This document shows, piece by piece, positions 33,933 through 46,081 of a DNA stretch of 64,000 bases. The translations under genes and the position numbers were made by a program. The notes beneath the pieces were generated by a model. It searched no databases, was not told the origin of the DNA, and was given only the letters and a program-made list of their open reading frames with translations. Each line of letters begins with the position of its first letter. Positions within the stretch are counted from its first letter, which is position 1. Origin of the DNA: Marsupella aquatica (Eukaryota > Plantae > Marchantiophyta); the NCBI GenBank assembly GCA_973895155.1, contig OZ316892.1:17350357-17414356 (forward strand). Reading direction: 5' to 3'.

Positions 33933-34715
33933 GATGGCTCCAGGAATCACATGGCCTGGACCATAGTAGTAAAGAACATTCTCAAACACGAAGATCTGTT
34001 CCATGAGCTCAACTTTGGTGTCAAGCCTGCAACTGACGGTACGTTCACAGATGGCGGGGCACACCTTACCAATCGAGAGAAGCAGAAGAAGAAAGAGAAG
34101 GCTATTGCCATTCTTGCATCAACTGTCAAACCGCATCTCCTACCTACCGTCGACAAATACTCCGACGAACCTCTCTCCAGGGCTTCACCCACACAGACTT
34201 CCTTGGCTGCACCAAGACACAACGCTCGCGCGATGCTTATCTACTCCAACTTGCCAACAACCCTATATCATGGTCTAGTAAACTTCAAACCACCATCTCC
34301 GACAGCACGACCGAAGCTTTGAAGGCGCTAAAGAAGCCATCTATATTCGTCGTCTCCTTGCTGAAATCGACCCTCGCTCCACTCTCCATGTACCTCTTGG
34401 GTCCTCTGACACTCTCCTCCACTCTGATCTCGCTCGTGCCCACAATCCTACTACTACCGATCTCCATCTCCACTATGATAATCAAGGCTCCATCAAATTA
34501 GCTCAAAATCCTGTCTTCCACGCTCGCACCAAACACATTGAAGGCAAGCACCACTTCATTCGTGAATGGGTGCTAGAGGGGGAAATATCATTGTCTTACA
34601 TCAATACCAACAAAAATCCTGCTGACATCCTCACCAAACCACTCCCTCGACAGAAATTTGAAAAACACAGATCCTTTATTGGCATAAAATCCATTTTCGA
34701 AATACAATCTTGTTA
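33933..34715 (+). pseudogene. Copia gag fragment joined to an RNase H fragment
   Basis: NHMAWTIVVKNIL...KAIAILASTV, then NPISWSSKLQTTIS, DNQGSIKLAQNPVFHARTKHIE and NPADILTKPL. Confidence 0.88.
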
Positions 34716-35177
34716 AAATTGTTCCCCACCATATCGCTCTAGAAAATATTCTGCCTCAGCTAGCATCCAAAACCTCTGATAACAGTTTCCTGGATATCCA
34801 TTCACTTCTCTACTAGCATCTGCCCACGATGTATAGATTCCCGGCCTTCTTCCTACTGCTACCGCATAGAAGTGACGTTTATACAGCCGAGATTCCTCTA
34901 TCACTCTATCAATTTTTAGTAACTACGCCTCCGGAGGAGCACTCGGCAGCCGCACAACACCTCCAATTGAAGACATCATCGACTGGGACAATTGCGGCAT
35001 CACATTCTGTGCCTCATCATTCTCCTCGGTCTTCAATTTGATCCTTCTCAATCTGACGTCTTGCTCTCGCACCCACTGGGCCAGCCTACTACACCCAACA
35101 TACAACCAACGAAAGATCTCTGCCAGCACATCGAGGATCCCACTTACAAGCAAGAACAATATCTTGCAGATTGACAT
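34713..35177 (-). pseudogene. Antisense accessory ORF: hydrophobic N-terminus plus RNase H1 N-terminal/caulimovirus viroplasmin hybrid-binding domain; one internal TAG
   Basis: ATG at 35177 gives MSICKILFLLVSGILDVLAEIFRWLYVG...PPEA*LLKIDRVIEESRLYKRHFYAVAVGRRPGIYTSWADASREVNGYPGNCYQRFWMLAEAEYFL. The two listed ORFs are in the same frame across the stop at 34923-34925. Confidence 0.75.
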
Positions 35178-35849
35178 CACGGCTGTCACCACCTCTTTGC
35201 TCCTGGTCTCCCCTTCTCCGCTCACTTTCTCCAGAGGGGGTGTTGGAACTTTTCTTGTAAGATCACTTAAGGGTAACCAGCCAACGATCACTAGTTCGGC
35301 GCCTCCTCACTACTTTATCTCTACCGCTATCTTAAGCGGTTGATCTTAGGTTTCTCCCTCTTACCGTTGATTCCCTGGTCTCTGCGGGGTCCTCTCTCCG
35401 CTACTTATAGTGGCTCCTTCCGGGCAATCTATGTAGCAAGTGGAACAATCTGCTTTTACCAACATATTTTTCACTCTTAGTTTGAATTCAGCTCACAAGG
35501 GATTCACAGAGAATCATCCACCTCCACGCCAGCCACTCGATCCGCAGAGGCATCTGATGATTCAACATCTTGGAGAGTGACATACTCTCTCTAAGGAATC
35601 TTGTGCTTTGGCAAATCCACCAGTTTGACATAAATTCAACTAACACCATATTGTGTTATTTCTTCTACACCACAGTAGCTTCTGAAGGATTGTCAACAAA
35701 TCAAGTTGTGATTCACGCATCCATTTCTTGTGAGTATCAGCCGTTTCCATGTTTTGAGGTATTCCACTTCTCGAAAGGAGAATGAAACTGGATTGTAGCA
35801 GATTCTGAAGCTGGAGACTGTAGAGGAATCCGAGAGTGAGAACTTGGTC

Positions 35850-36730
35850 ATGAAACTCGTCGACAGGGCCAAGGAGACAGTCAAGGACACGGGCCAGGCC
35901 CATTTGGAGGCAGTTGGCTACAAACAGAAACGTGGCCTAACGTGAGTTTTTCCGCAGAATTGCATGTGCTCTTTTTCCAATCCTCCTCCATTCAAGTTGT
36001 GATATGATCGGACTTCCAGTCTGTTCAACATGTACATTGGACATTCCACTACTGAGCTCTGTTTTAATCCACATTATCTGAAGTAAAATGGCAGCCATGA
36101 ATTCATCTGTTTGACTTTACAAACCTTTTGTTTGCCTTGTCTCCTCCAAGGTCAGGCCGGAAAGGCTTACAATTGATTCATTCATTCTTGTTGTATGTAA
36201 ATCGGATAGACATCGTTACTTCATGGAATTTTTGACATTGGTCCAGAAAACAAGAACACTTAGTTCAGTGAGGAAAGTTTGGTGCCCGGTTTGGTGTTCT
36301 GGGTCAGCATACCGTTCAGTGTCTCAAAGTATGTCATGTTTCAGGGAAGTCCAGCATAATTTCCTCTCCTGGGCCAAATTGAAAAAAATATTTCCAGTTC
36401 AGTAGAGGTTTCCCATAGATATTCAAATGGCAAATATGTGGACTATTTGAGAACTGTTGCTTGCAAAACTATCCTGCACAGAACATCATTGAATTTTCTA
36501 CTAAGTTGATGACATGAACATTAGTAAAATTTATAGATGGCTATTGAAAATGAGGAAAAGCTTCCTTCTTTATCTGATACACAGACTTGTGAATCAAAAT
36601 CTCAATGTTCCTCTAACCACCAAGGAACTTCTGTCTTGTTTGGTTCTCTTGCAGGGTGATTTCAAGCTTTGCCTTCTCCTTGGGTATCATCTGCACATTG
36701 ACGGGCATCACCACTCTACTACACACAGGA
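35850..36730 (+). pseudogene. Truncated tandem duplicate of the amino-acid permease (exon 1 and start of exon 2)
   Basis: MKLVDRAKETVKDTGQAHLEAVGYKQK followed by a GTGAG donor; after TTGCAG at ~36654 it reads VISSFAFSLGIICTLTGITTL. The upstream motif CACAGAGAATCATCCA is shared with the intact gene. Confidence 0.8.
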
Positions 36731-38982
36731 TTGATGTACTTAAGTATATAAGTGTGATGTGAACCTACTTTTCAGGGCCACCTAACTTCTAGAGTGAAGG
36801 GTCTAAACAGTGAGTCCAGGGGCGTAACTCGAGTCATCCAATCCCGACATTGGGGGTACGATAGCCATTTGATGTGGAAAAGCTAACCCAGGTTCATTTC
36901 CTTAACCCACAAATGTAAAACAGTGACATTGTGACAAACAGGAAAAATCAGTGGGAAGGTAAGTATTATGGCACAAAAGAGGGACAGTCTCGCCGGAAGC
37001 TAATAAATAGCTTTGGATCAATCAAGGCAATTACCCAAAGACATTGATGATATTGTCTTTAGACTTGTCTTATCCACCATTCTAAGAGAACTGGGCCAAA
37101 CAACAGCACCAGGGTGTGCTACTAAGGAAAAATTATGCTGATCAGACTAATTGAAGACATTTATGATATTGTTGTCTTCAAGTGAATCTCTTGCCTTGTT
37201 TAATTAAACCAACAAATGATCCACAGGTTTACTCAAATTTGCATGTGCACATCCCACTTCAATGGGGCACACTCTAGCAACTTTGTGTGGTAGCCACAAT
37301 AACTTTTGGCCATGCAGTCTACATGTCAAAAGTGATTTAAAATGGCCACTATGGGAACTGTAGCAAACTCTGGTCAGTTACTCTTGAAACTATGGTGCTA
37401 CAAAAATGTACCAGTATTGAGAGAAATGCTTTATAAGAAAAGTGATCAGAATGTTAGTCCCAGTCAGTTGTCCTGCAGGACTCCCTTGACCCTGGTCATA
37501 GAAATGAGTACTTGTTCTCTCTAAGTGCACACTCCTGGGAAGGGTTTGCACTACATGATAAGTGCAAGTGCGGAATTGTGCAGTTATCAACAAGATTGAA
37601 TGGCTTAGAGTTTAGAGAGCATTTGACCATTCTTGCAGCTCCCACCCTAAATTTTACATCTGTGCCCTAAACTTGATCCCCTACCCCATAACTGTAATTT
37701 ACTCTACACAAAAATGCAATGCACTTATCAGTAAGTGTGAGTTGATGAAACTGTGCACTTAGTGATAGTGTACATGAACACTTATCAATATTTTGCACTT
37801 ACCAGGGGTCATTCAAGGTCTTTTGGCCTATTAACTAGTATAGAAATTAAGAAATAAATGGAGAGGAGCAAGGTTGATAACTAAGAAAAACATTGTTAGT
37901 CCACCCATGTGATATTTTTCTGATTGGTTGAGTGGAGAGTGACTATTGTTCATTTCATGATGCTTCACTTATCATGGAAAGAGTCATTTAAGCATCACAT
38001 CTTTCTAGATATAAGGAGTACCTGTAGACCTGGCAGTTACCACAGTTGAGGAGATAGTTTAAAGTTTTGGTGAATTTATTCACAATATTGTTTTTTCTAC
38101 ACATATCTTTGACCCATCAGATCATCATATATTTAAGGAGAACCGTCAGATGTGGAAAATGACCCCATCCAGAATGAGGGCCTCTCTTCTCCACAACCAC
38201 TTCTAAAATACAAAACTCCAGGTGAAAAATTGGAAGAACCTGAGACCTTGCAGTTATCCAGGGTTTGCATTTATGGGAGTGTGCAGTAGGAGAGAGATGA
38301 CTGTAGACCTCATTCAACATTAGTCCACGTAATTCTTGTCCGGAAGAAAGGTTACTGGTGTGTAACCTTTTTTACTAGGTGCCACCATTTCCATAACCCT
38401 GTGCCCAGAAAGTCTTGCCCTGTAATTTTTTTTCCGAGCAGATGTTACCTATGATAATGATTGATTGGGCTGGGGTTAGTATCTGAAACCTGTTCACACA
38501 AAGCTCAGAAAAGCTATGGTCAAGGAGCATTTCCTCACTTTCTGGTCAGAGGGAGTCAGCATTTACTCACTTTTTGGTCAGAGGGTTACAGACTAGTAAC
38601 ATTCATTGAGTAACCCCATACCAATCCTACTAGTAACATTCATGGAGTAACCCCATACCAATCCGTCATTACTCTATACATAAAGCACCCACAGAGAATC
38701 ATCCAACCCCGTGGACCTCCTGGTCATGGATCTGAGTGGAACCCAGGTCAAAAGTTAGTCCACAGGGGAGTCATAAAGAACCATACAATCATTGAAGAGG
38801 GGTAGCTAACGATGCTAGAGACAGAACTGATACTCACGTATAGTAGCACTCGTTTTGCTCACATTGTGGATGGGAATCGTCACAAGACGACAAGCATTGT
38901 AACGGATCGAGCAGATTCCGGAGGTGGGCACTGCAGCTGAGGGAGTTGAATCGGAGAGTACGTACTGGGAGCTTGATCGATC

Positions 38983-41900
38983 ATGGGTTTTGTGGACTCA
39001 GGCCAGGCCCGTCTGGAGGCGCTTGGCTACAAACAAGAGCTTAACCGTGATCTATCGTGAGTATTCATCGGGCTTGCATTTGCCTGTGTTATTTTATGTA
39101 CCAGAACCATCTCTGACTAGTTCTTGTTTTGTAGAAGGACAACTTAGCATTTTTATTCCATCAGCCATTTCATGCTTTGAGTTAAGCCATGAGAAAGGGA
39201 AAACACCCTTGAAACTGGGTCAGGCATCCTCACTCAAGCAATTTTCGGCCTCTGTACGTGAAGTGCAAGTTTTCAGACGTCACACTGATTGCTTATGATC
39301 TACTCTTGGTCTTTGCAGCGTGATTTCCAATTTTGCCTTCTCCTTTTCCATCATCTCAATAGTGACTGGCATCACCACTCTGTACAACACAGGGCTGACT
39401 TATGGGGGAACGATATCAATGGTGTATGGGTGGCTCATTGCCGGGGTGCTCAACATTTTCGTGGGTCTCTCTATGGCTGAGATTTGCTCTGCTTATCCCA
39501 CGTCCGGTGGTCTCTACTACTGGAGTTTCAAGCTCGCTGGGCCATCGTGGGGACCCTTTGCAGCATGGATGACTGGCTGGTAAGTGAGCGTGTGTCTCTT
39601 GGTATGAACCTACCATCACTGCATCGTTAACTCCTAATCTTCTTCTACAGTGTTGGTAGTGTGTGCATCAGTTGTCTGCTAATTCTGATTGAATAGGGAG
39701 AATAATTTAACCCAGCAAGAACTTTCAATTTACGGCTCTGCACTATTTTTGAGAACGAGCGTTTGCATGGCAGTGTTTCCTGAGTGGGCATGCAGAATGC
39801 CTTTGGTATATTATGTGCACACTTCCTTGAGTTCACTCTAACATCTTTGATTGTTCCTTTGAATGTTATGCCTGTAGGTATAACGTGGTTGGCCAGGTTC
39901 GTCAACCCACACTTTCCCATATTAATAAATAAAGAAAGAAGCGAAACTGGAATTAAGCTATTTTCCAAGAAATCCTGGATTGGTCCCTTTTGGACTGATC
40001 TTGTCTGACACATCTCTCCTCGCGAAGGAAACAAGTAGGACCAAATGTATTTTTTCTAGCTCCATGTGAATTGTAGCTCCAAATGTATCTATGACAAAAG
40101 TATTTATGAAAGTTTTGTCCATAAATGACGGGCCAATTTCCAGCTCTAATTTTCCCTGCATGCAACATTTTTCTGAGTGGTACTGAGTATTTTCTCTCTA
40201 GCCAGCGTCCGTATTCTCATCAGAGGGTGGATTGAAATCATGCAGTGGGCTACAACGACAAGTATTGACTTCTCTTTGGCAACTTTGCTACAAGTCATTA
40301 TTTTGCTGGCTACTGGAGGGGGAAATGGAGGTGGTTACTTTGCGTCCAAGTATGTAGTTCTCGCATTTCATGCTGCAATCCTATTCTCCCAAGCTGTGAT
40401 AAATAGCCTGTCCATTTCCCTCCTGGCGTACTTGGGAACCATTGCAGCACTGTGGAATATTCTAGGTACGTTCACACCACGGGTAGGTCGTCAAAATTTC
40501 CCCGTTGTTTGGAAGTTGAATTCGAATGTTCTGCAGGAAGGAGTTTGCAATATGTAGATATCATTTAGGCTTGGCATGGTGTAAGTTCCTCCAGTAGTCA
40601 AATTTGGGCTTGGAAATAATCCTTTCCTGCTTTAAGCTTATAAACATTACAGAGTTTTGTATGTATGCCCGTGTCCAAAAGGTGACCGTTCACTCCATAT
40701 GCAGGTGTATTTGTTCTAATGGTTTTCATACCACTTGTGGCAACGGATCGGCAAAGCGCCAAGTTTGTATTTACATCCTTCAACACAGACAACGGTGTTG
40801 GAATTCATAGTGAACCGTACATTTTTCTTCTGGGTATATTGATGAGCCAATACACACTGACCGGCTATGATGCGTCAGCTCATATGGTACAACTTGTTCT
40901 CTTTCACCCGAAAACTTACTTCGATGATTCTTGAGGCTTGAAATGGTACTTGGGCTGCAGGATGAGCTAGGTAGTTTCTATTCAATCTACGCACAACATC
41001 CCGACACTGACTTAAATAAGCATCGTGCATCATGGTTTTGGATGTGTGCAGTCAGAAGAGACCAAATCATCTGATAAAAATGGAGCTTATGGCATTCTGA
41101 GTTCCGTTATAGTCTCAGTTGTTGTCGGCTGGGCATATATTGTGGGTATCACCTTTGCAGTGGTGGATCCCCAACATTTACTTGATCCAGGAAATGATAC
41201 AAAAGGTTACGCAATAGCCCAGGTGTTTTACGATGTTTTCAACAGCAGGTATGGGAGTGGAATGGGTGGCATTGTATGCCTGGGAGTGGTTGCTGTTACG
41301 ATCTGGTTGTGTGGCATGAGCTCGATCACCAGTAACTCGAGGTATATCTGAACTCATATCGAAGTATCTATTATGAGGTACATGACTTCTCAGATTGAAT
41401 AGAAACTCCCTAGCTCATCTTGTAGCTGTGGCACTTCACAATGTATTAAAATTGATACAAGGATGTTTCAATGTTGGGGCAGGATGGTCTTTGCTTTCTC
41501 CAGAGATGGTGCTATTCCTTTCTCTCCATTATGGCACAAGGTAAATAGAAGAGAAGTCCCACTGAACGCAGTGTGGCTGTCTGCATCCATTGCCTTCGCG
41601 ATGGCTCTCACGGTAAGAATCCACCTCTGCGTTTATAAGTGGTCAATCTTAATTTTTGAACTAGTAGATACCACCAGGAAACCGTGGTAGGACCCAACCT
41701 TCATCCCCAGGTTTCTAAAGATATGTTGTCAGTACTGTTTAGAGTCAAGGACTTTCCATGAGACCTTGAGAAGGGCAGGTCGATGACTGATTGATACACA
41801 CGTAATAAGGCATCTACCTTAAATGGCATATCTTTTGAGCTGGACCTTCGCTAGTCCACGACTCAATGCACTCTTGATGCCCACTATCCAATTCACATAT

Positions 41901-42437
41901 AATCAAATCATTATCCAACTCAACATATATAACCACATCTATCACTTATGAGAATACGTACACTTCGTCTGGAATTCTGATGTGGGATGGTCACGACTGT
42001 TGCTCTATTGTTCTTACGATCAGAACATATTTAAATAGAATCCGCAAACGCTAACATCTTGGCTTGTTTACCACTTGCAGTCATTAGGGAGTTTAGTCGC
42101 ATTTCAAGCAATGGCGTCCATTGCTACTATTGGGCTTTACATCGCATATTCTTTGCCAGTTCTATTCCGAGTCACTCTAGCACGCAAGACATTTGTCCCA
42201 GGTCCCTTTCACCTTGGTCCTTTTAGTCTAATTATTGGCTGGATCACCGTCCTATGGGTGCTGACTATAACAGTGCTGTTCTGCTTACCTGTTGCATATC
42301 CTGTTGACTCACAAACGTTGAATTACACCCCTGTCGCAATCGGGGGAGTCTTTTTGATAGCTGTTGGCTGGTGGTTTGTAAGTGCTCGAAAATGGTTTAC
42401 GGGCCCTGTAGAAACTTTAGTGAAGGTATCTCTATAA
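38983..42437 (+). CDS. BAT1: Amino-acid/GABA permease, APC family, BAT1-like; exons 38983-39056, 39319-39579, 39878-39896, 40246-40465, 40705-40886, 41052-41341, 41483-41612, 42081-42437
   Basis: DSGQARLEALGYKQEL, SNFAFSFSIIS, MAEICSAYPTSGGLYYWS, GYDASAHMSEET, AFSRDGA, LNYTPVA; GT-AG introns with consistent phases. Confidence 0.93.
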
Positions 42438-43839
42438 TGAAATGCTCTTACTACTAAGAAAAAAATCCGAAAGAGGCCTTTCTCAGGGTAGAGGATTGTT
42501 AGACTTCGTTATACAGTAGATTAATTATGGCACTGGAAATTCCCTGTTTGTCAGGTTTTCCCACTTTGAAACTTTCACCAAATTGGTTGAGAACAGGTGT
42601 GGAACAAGGTGTCCTATTTCCATCCTTTCAATCTGTTCTTAATTCTAACTTTCTATACATCAGACCTGGCAGGAAGGACAATGAGGTGTATTGTCTCTCT
42701 TCAAGGTATTTGACCGGCTGGAAGTGGCCTTTCCTTAGCAGTACATTTCACCATCCTGGTTGATCTAAAACAGGGTTAACAAGTATGTCAGCAAATCCCC
42801 CTGCATGTAAACAACCTCAGCAGCATGTTTCCAAGATTCTTGTAAAATGGTTTGCCTTCTTGGCGATGACTTCAGTTGAGGATGGAGACCTGCAAACCAG
42901 TCAGGTGTGGATGAGCGAGTGGATTAACTGAAAGGCATTTCTGCCTCGGAGAAACCACCTGTATCACCTTAGCTTTATATTTTCCGATATGAAACAACCT
43001 TTTTAAGTGCTGAAATTGAATTCTATGGTACAAGTACTTCGCTGACAGTGTTAAAATCATGTCATTGCAATGCATGAGAATGTGTTGATTACCAAGAAGC
43101 AAGCTCAGCAAGAAGCTAGCTCAACAATCCAGAACTGTATGTGAACTTCATACGAAAAACTTTCTTATGTCGGATACTGACTCCAACATGTACAGAATCC
43201 TATGTTTATGTTGTTTATCAAAACTAAGTTAGTCAGTTATTGAAAAACTGCATTCTGCGATCCTTCCTCTTTCATTGATTTAATAGCTCCCATAGAGGTG
43301 ATTAAGATTGACCAAATTATGTCATCTCCCTTTCCCGTTATTTTCATGATGCTGAGGTAATTTGAGCTTCAATCGATGTAGTCAGTAGGTTATTCCTTCA
43401 CCTGACCTAGCCAGCCCATTATATCTGGTTTAATCTGCAATGGAATACCTCATTTGAAAATTGAGAAAATTAAGACTTCCACCAAAAATGATATTATTTG
43501 AAAAAACCGGAAATTGTTGAAATGATATCGTTCAAAAACCTGATCCAGAGAAAGTAGACGTGGAGGAAATATAGGATCAGAAGACTCACAACAGCTCCGC
43601 ATCCAAAATCAATTTGGTGTTTTGTCTCCTCAAGTGAGTTCAGAGGATGTGAATGGGTAGGTGGGGAATGGGCCACACCAGATGTAATGTCCAATAGGAA
43701 ATTCCATCAGACCAAAAATAAAGTTGACGAGCTATGCAGTAAGGTGAGATAAACCTGATCATCCATCTACACTTTCTCAGTCAGTTTGTTGAGAGAGCTC
43801 TACAGTAATTATTCCTTTGTACTTAACTGATGAGAGTAA

Positions 43840-46081
43840 TCAACATGGTGTCTTGCTAATGCAATTATTCCGAAAAAGGATATCATAGTCAAATACAAGG
43901 GACATTGTCTGCCCGTAGAGATCCATGATGTCACCAAGTGACGGCGCCCTTGGAGAATTCATTACTGCAAAGAAATTGTAAAAGTAACACTCAAGCCCTC
44001 TAAAATGTCTTCTAACAACACTTGCTGGGCAGTTCCTAGCAAGATTAATAAGCCATAATTAAGTTGAAATCACTACTACAGGCTAAAAGCAAAACGATCT
44101 AGAGAATGCACCAAACTACAATCATTTTCATCAAATTTCTAAAGTCTAGGTGAGGAGGACGATAGCAACATAGGGCAAAGGACCGAGATATTACTGCTGA
44201 ATAGAAGAGCGGGGTCATATGGCAAAAGGTCTTCAGCTGTTGCACGGAGGGATTCTAGCGCTAAAACTTGTGAATTCTGTAACGAGTGGACAAAATCGGT
44301 TAGAGCAACTTGAAGACAAAATTTGAGGATTCAATGGTCACAGCACAATCCTGCTTCAATGAGTCTCATCCCAGTTGAATTTAACAAGATTTTCTGTCCT
44401 TGATTCATGCATTCAAGAAACGTGTGATTCCTGCATTCTGATCCTGTAAGACGCGCGATGCTATCAACCACTTCCATAGTGTAGGACAAGCGTCAAATGA
44501 GCATCTTTGCACAATCATATCACATTTTTACATCTTTCCGTGATCAGAAGAGAAGATCAGGTTAAACATCTCGAACCTTGTCCATAGTAGAGAGCTGGTG
44601 GCCCCACTTCAGCATGTTGACATTGAGATCTGACAACTAAGCACCCCGGGGATCAACTTGTTACAAGCCTGGTTCTATTTTCCCCAATTTCTGACAATTT
44701 GAGATCACGAACTTGTGTCACTCTCAAGTTTGCTAATGTCTCTATTTCGACACCTTGTGTTATAAGTTTTGAGATTCATGCCATTTTATGTCCTACAAAC
44801 AAAAGTAGAGAAGCAGCAGATTTTTGCATTTACTACTGGAAAGTGAGAGCACATTCACCACGGTGTTATATTTGTCCGGGAAGTCCTCCATCACCATCTC
44901 GTATGGACCTGTGCTAGCATTCACAAAGACGGTCATCCACGATGGAAAAGCCCTAGACTGCACCTGTGTCATTAATCAGCGCACGCCTGCCTTGAATTTA
45001 GGATTCCTGTTTTCTCCAACTTCTCATCACAGGATGATGTTTTTCGTTACTACTCAAGCAGTTTTTCAAGAAGAGCAGGATTCCTGAGAACTAATTGTGG
45101 CAATTAGTAATGGGTAAGACTTTCAAGGATACAGCATGTGAACAGCTGCAGCCAGGAACAGCAACGATGATAGAGTGGAGGTTTTCTAACCTCATCAGTG
45201 AAGCAGAGAACCACAATATTCTCTATAAAACCTGAAGCGGATGCCAAATTTGCCTGGAAGGCCTTCAAAAGCCCCATAATATGTGGAGTTTCTGCCTACG
45301 TGATTCAAAACAAAAGAAAGGGAGAAATTAACATGAAATCACTAGGGAATGATTCCATATTGATAGGTTACATCAATAACACATTTAGGCAAAGACAGAA
45401 ATCACAAATTTACATCAAATAGTAGAGTTGAGAAATACAAACCTCTACCATAACAAGAATGCACGTCGGATAAACCATTAGGAAACCGGTTACTTTGTTA
45501 ATATTTCCGGCCACTTTCTTCAGGATTTCCTCATGCATCGCTGTCAAAAGCCATCCCTGTTAGGCAAGGATCGTCACGCCTTACTCGGCCAGTAATCTCT
45601 TCAGGTTTGGAAGGAAAAACAATTCCATCAAATTCGTCATACTTTTCGATATTGGCGAGAGATAATTTTGAATCATTCTCTCAATTCGATTTTAAAGCTT
45701 CAAGCTTCCTTTTACGACAAGTAGAAAGACAGTGCATGATAAAGTTAAGAGCAATGACTTGAAATCTGAGTCTTGGCAGTCTCTTTCTCCTTCGTCTGGG
45801 CAGTGTAGAACACACGGCTTACGGGTGGGCCTCTCTGCAATTATGTCCAATTCCACCCCAAAGATGCTATCAGCGCATTGATATATAATACTTAAACTTG
45901 CAGATATAAAAGGTTGATCACTAACTTGAACTGTGACACCACCGGGCTTCACATCTTGCTATTGAAACTAAGGTTTGGCTGTAAAATCGGTTCATACCCT
46001 GGCAACGGCATTACTGCTCTCATAGAAACTCTCCAACAATGTCGTCCGTTGCATCTGCATGTTAATCATAAAGTCGTCCAT
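43840..46081 (-). CDS. TEX47/MOT7-like flagellar protein (244 aa); exons 46081-45998, 45834-45759, 45540-45443, 45295-45191, 44963-44859, 44636-44577, 44276-44195, 43964-43840
   Basis: Eight short GT-AG exons join into a 735-nt open frame. Motifs VSRVFYTA, VTGFLMVYPTCILVMVEA, IENIVVLCFTDEVQSRAFPSW, EDLLP and DIMDLYGQTMSLVFDYD resemble TEX47 as I recall it (VTGLLLIYPTSILHILES...RLFxQW). Confidence 0.75.

Larger units (their letters stand above)
32689..35464 (+). mobile_element. Internally deleted, non-autonomous copia-derived LTR element
   Basis: 224-bp LTRs at 32689-32912 and 35241-35464 (8 differences counted), TSD TATTT, PBS TGGTATCAAAG at 32913, PPT AGAGGGGG at 35233-35240. The gag N-terminus is fused directly to RNase H. 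Confidence 0.93.
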
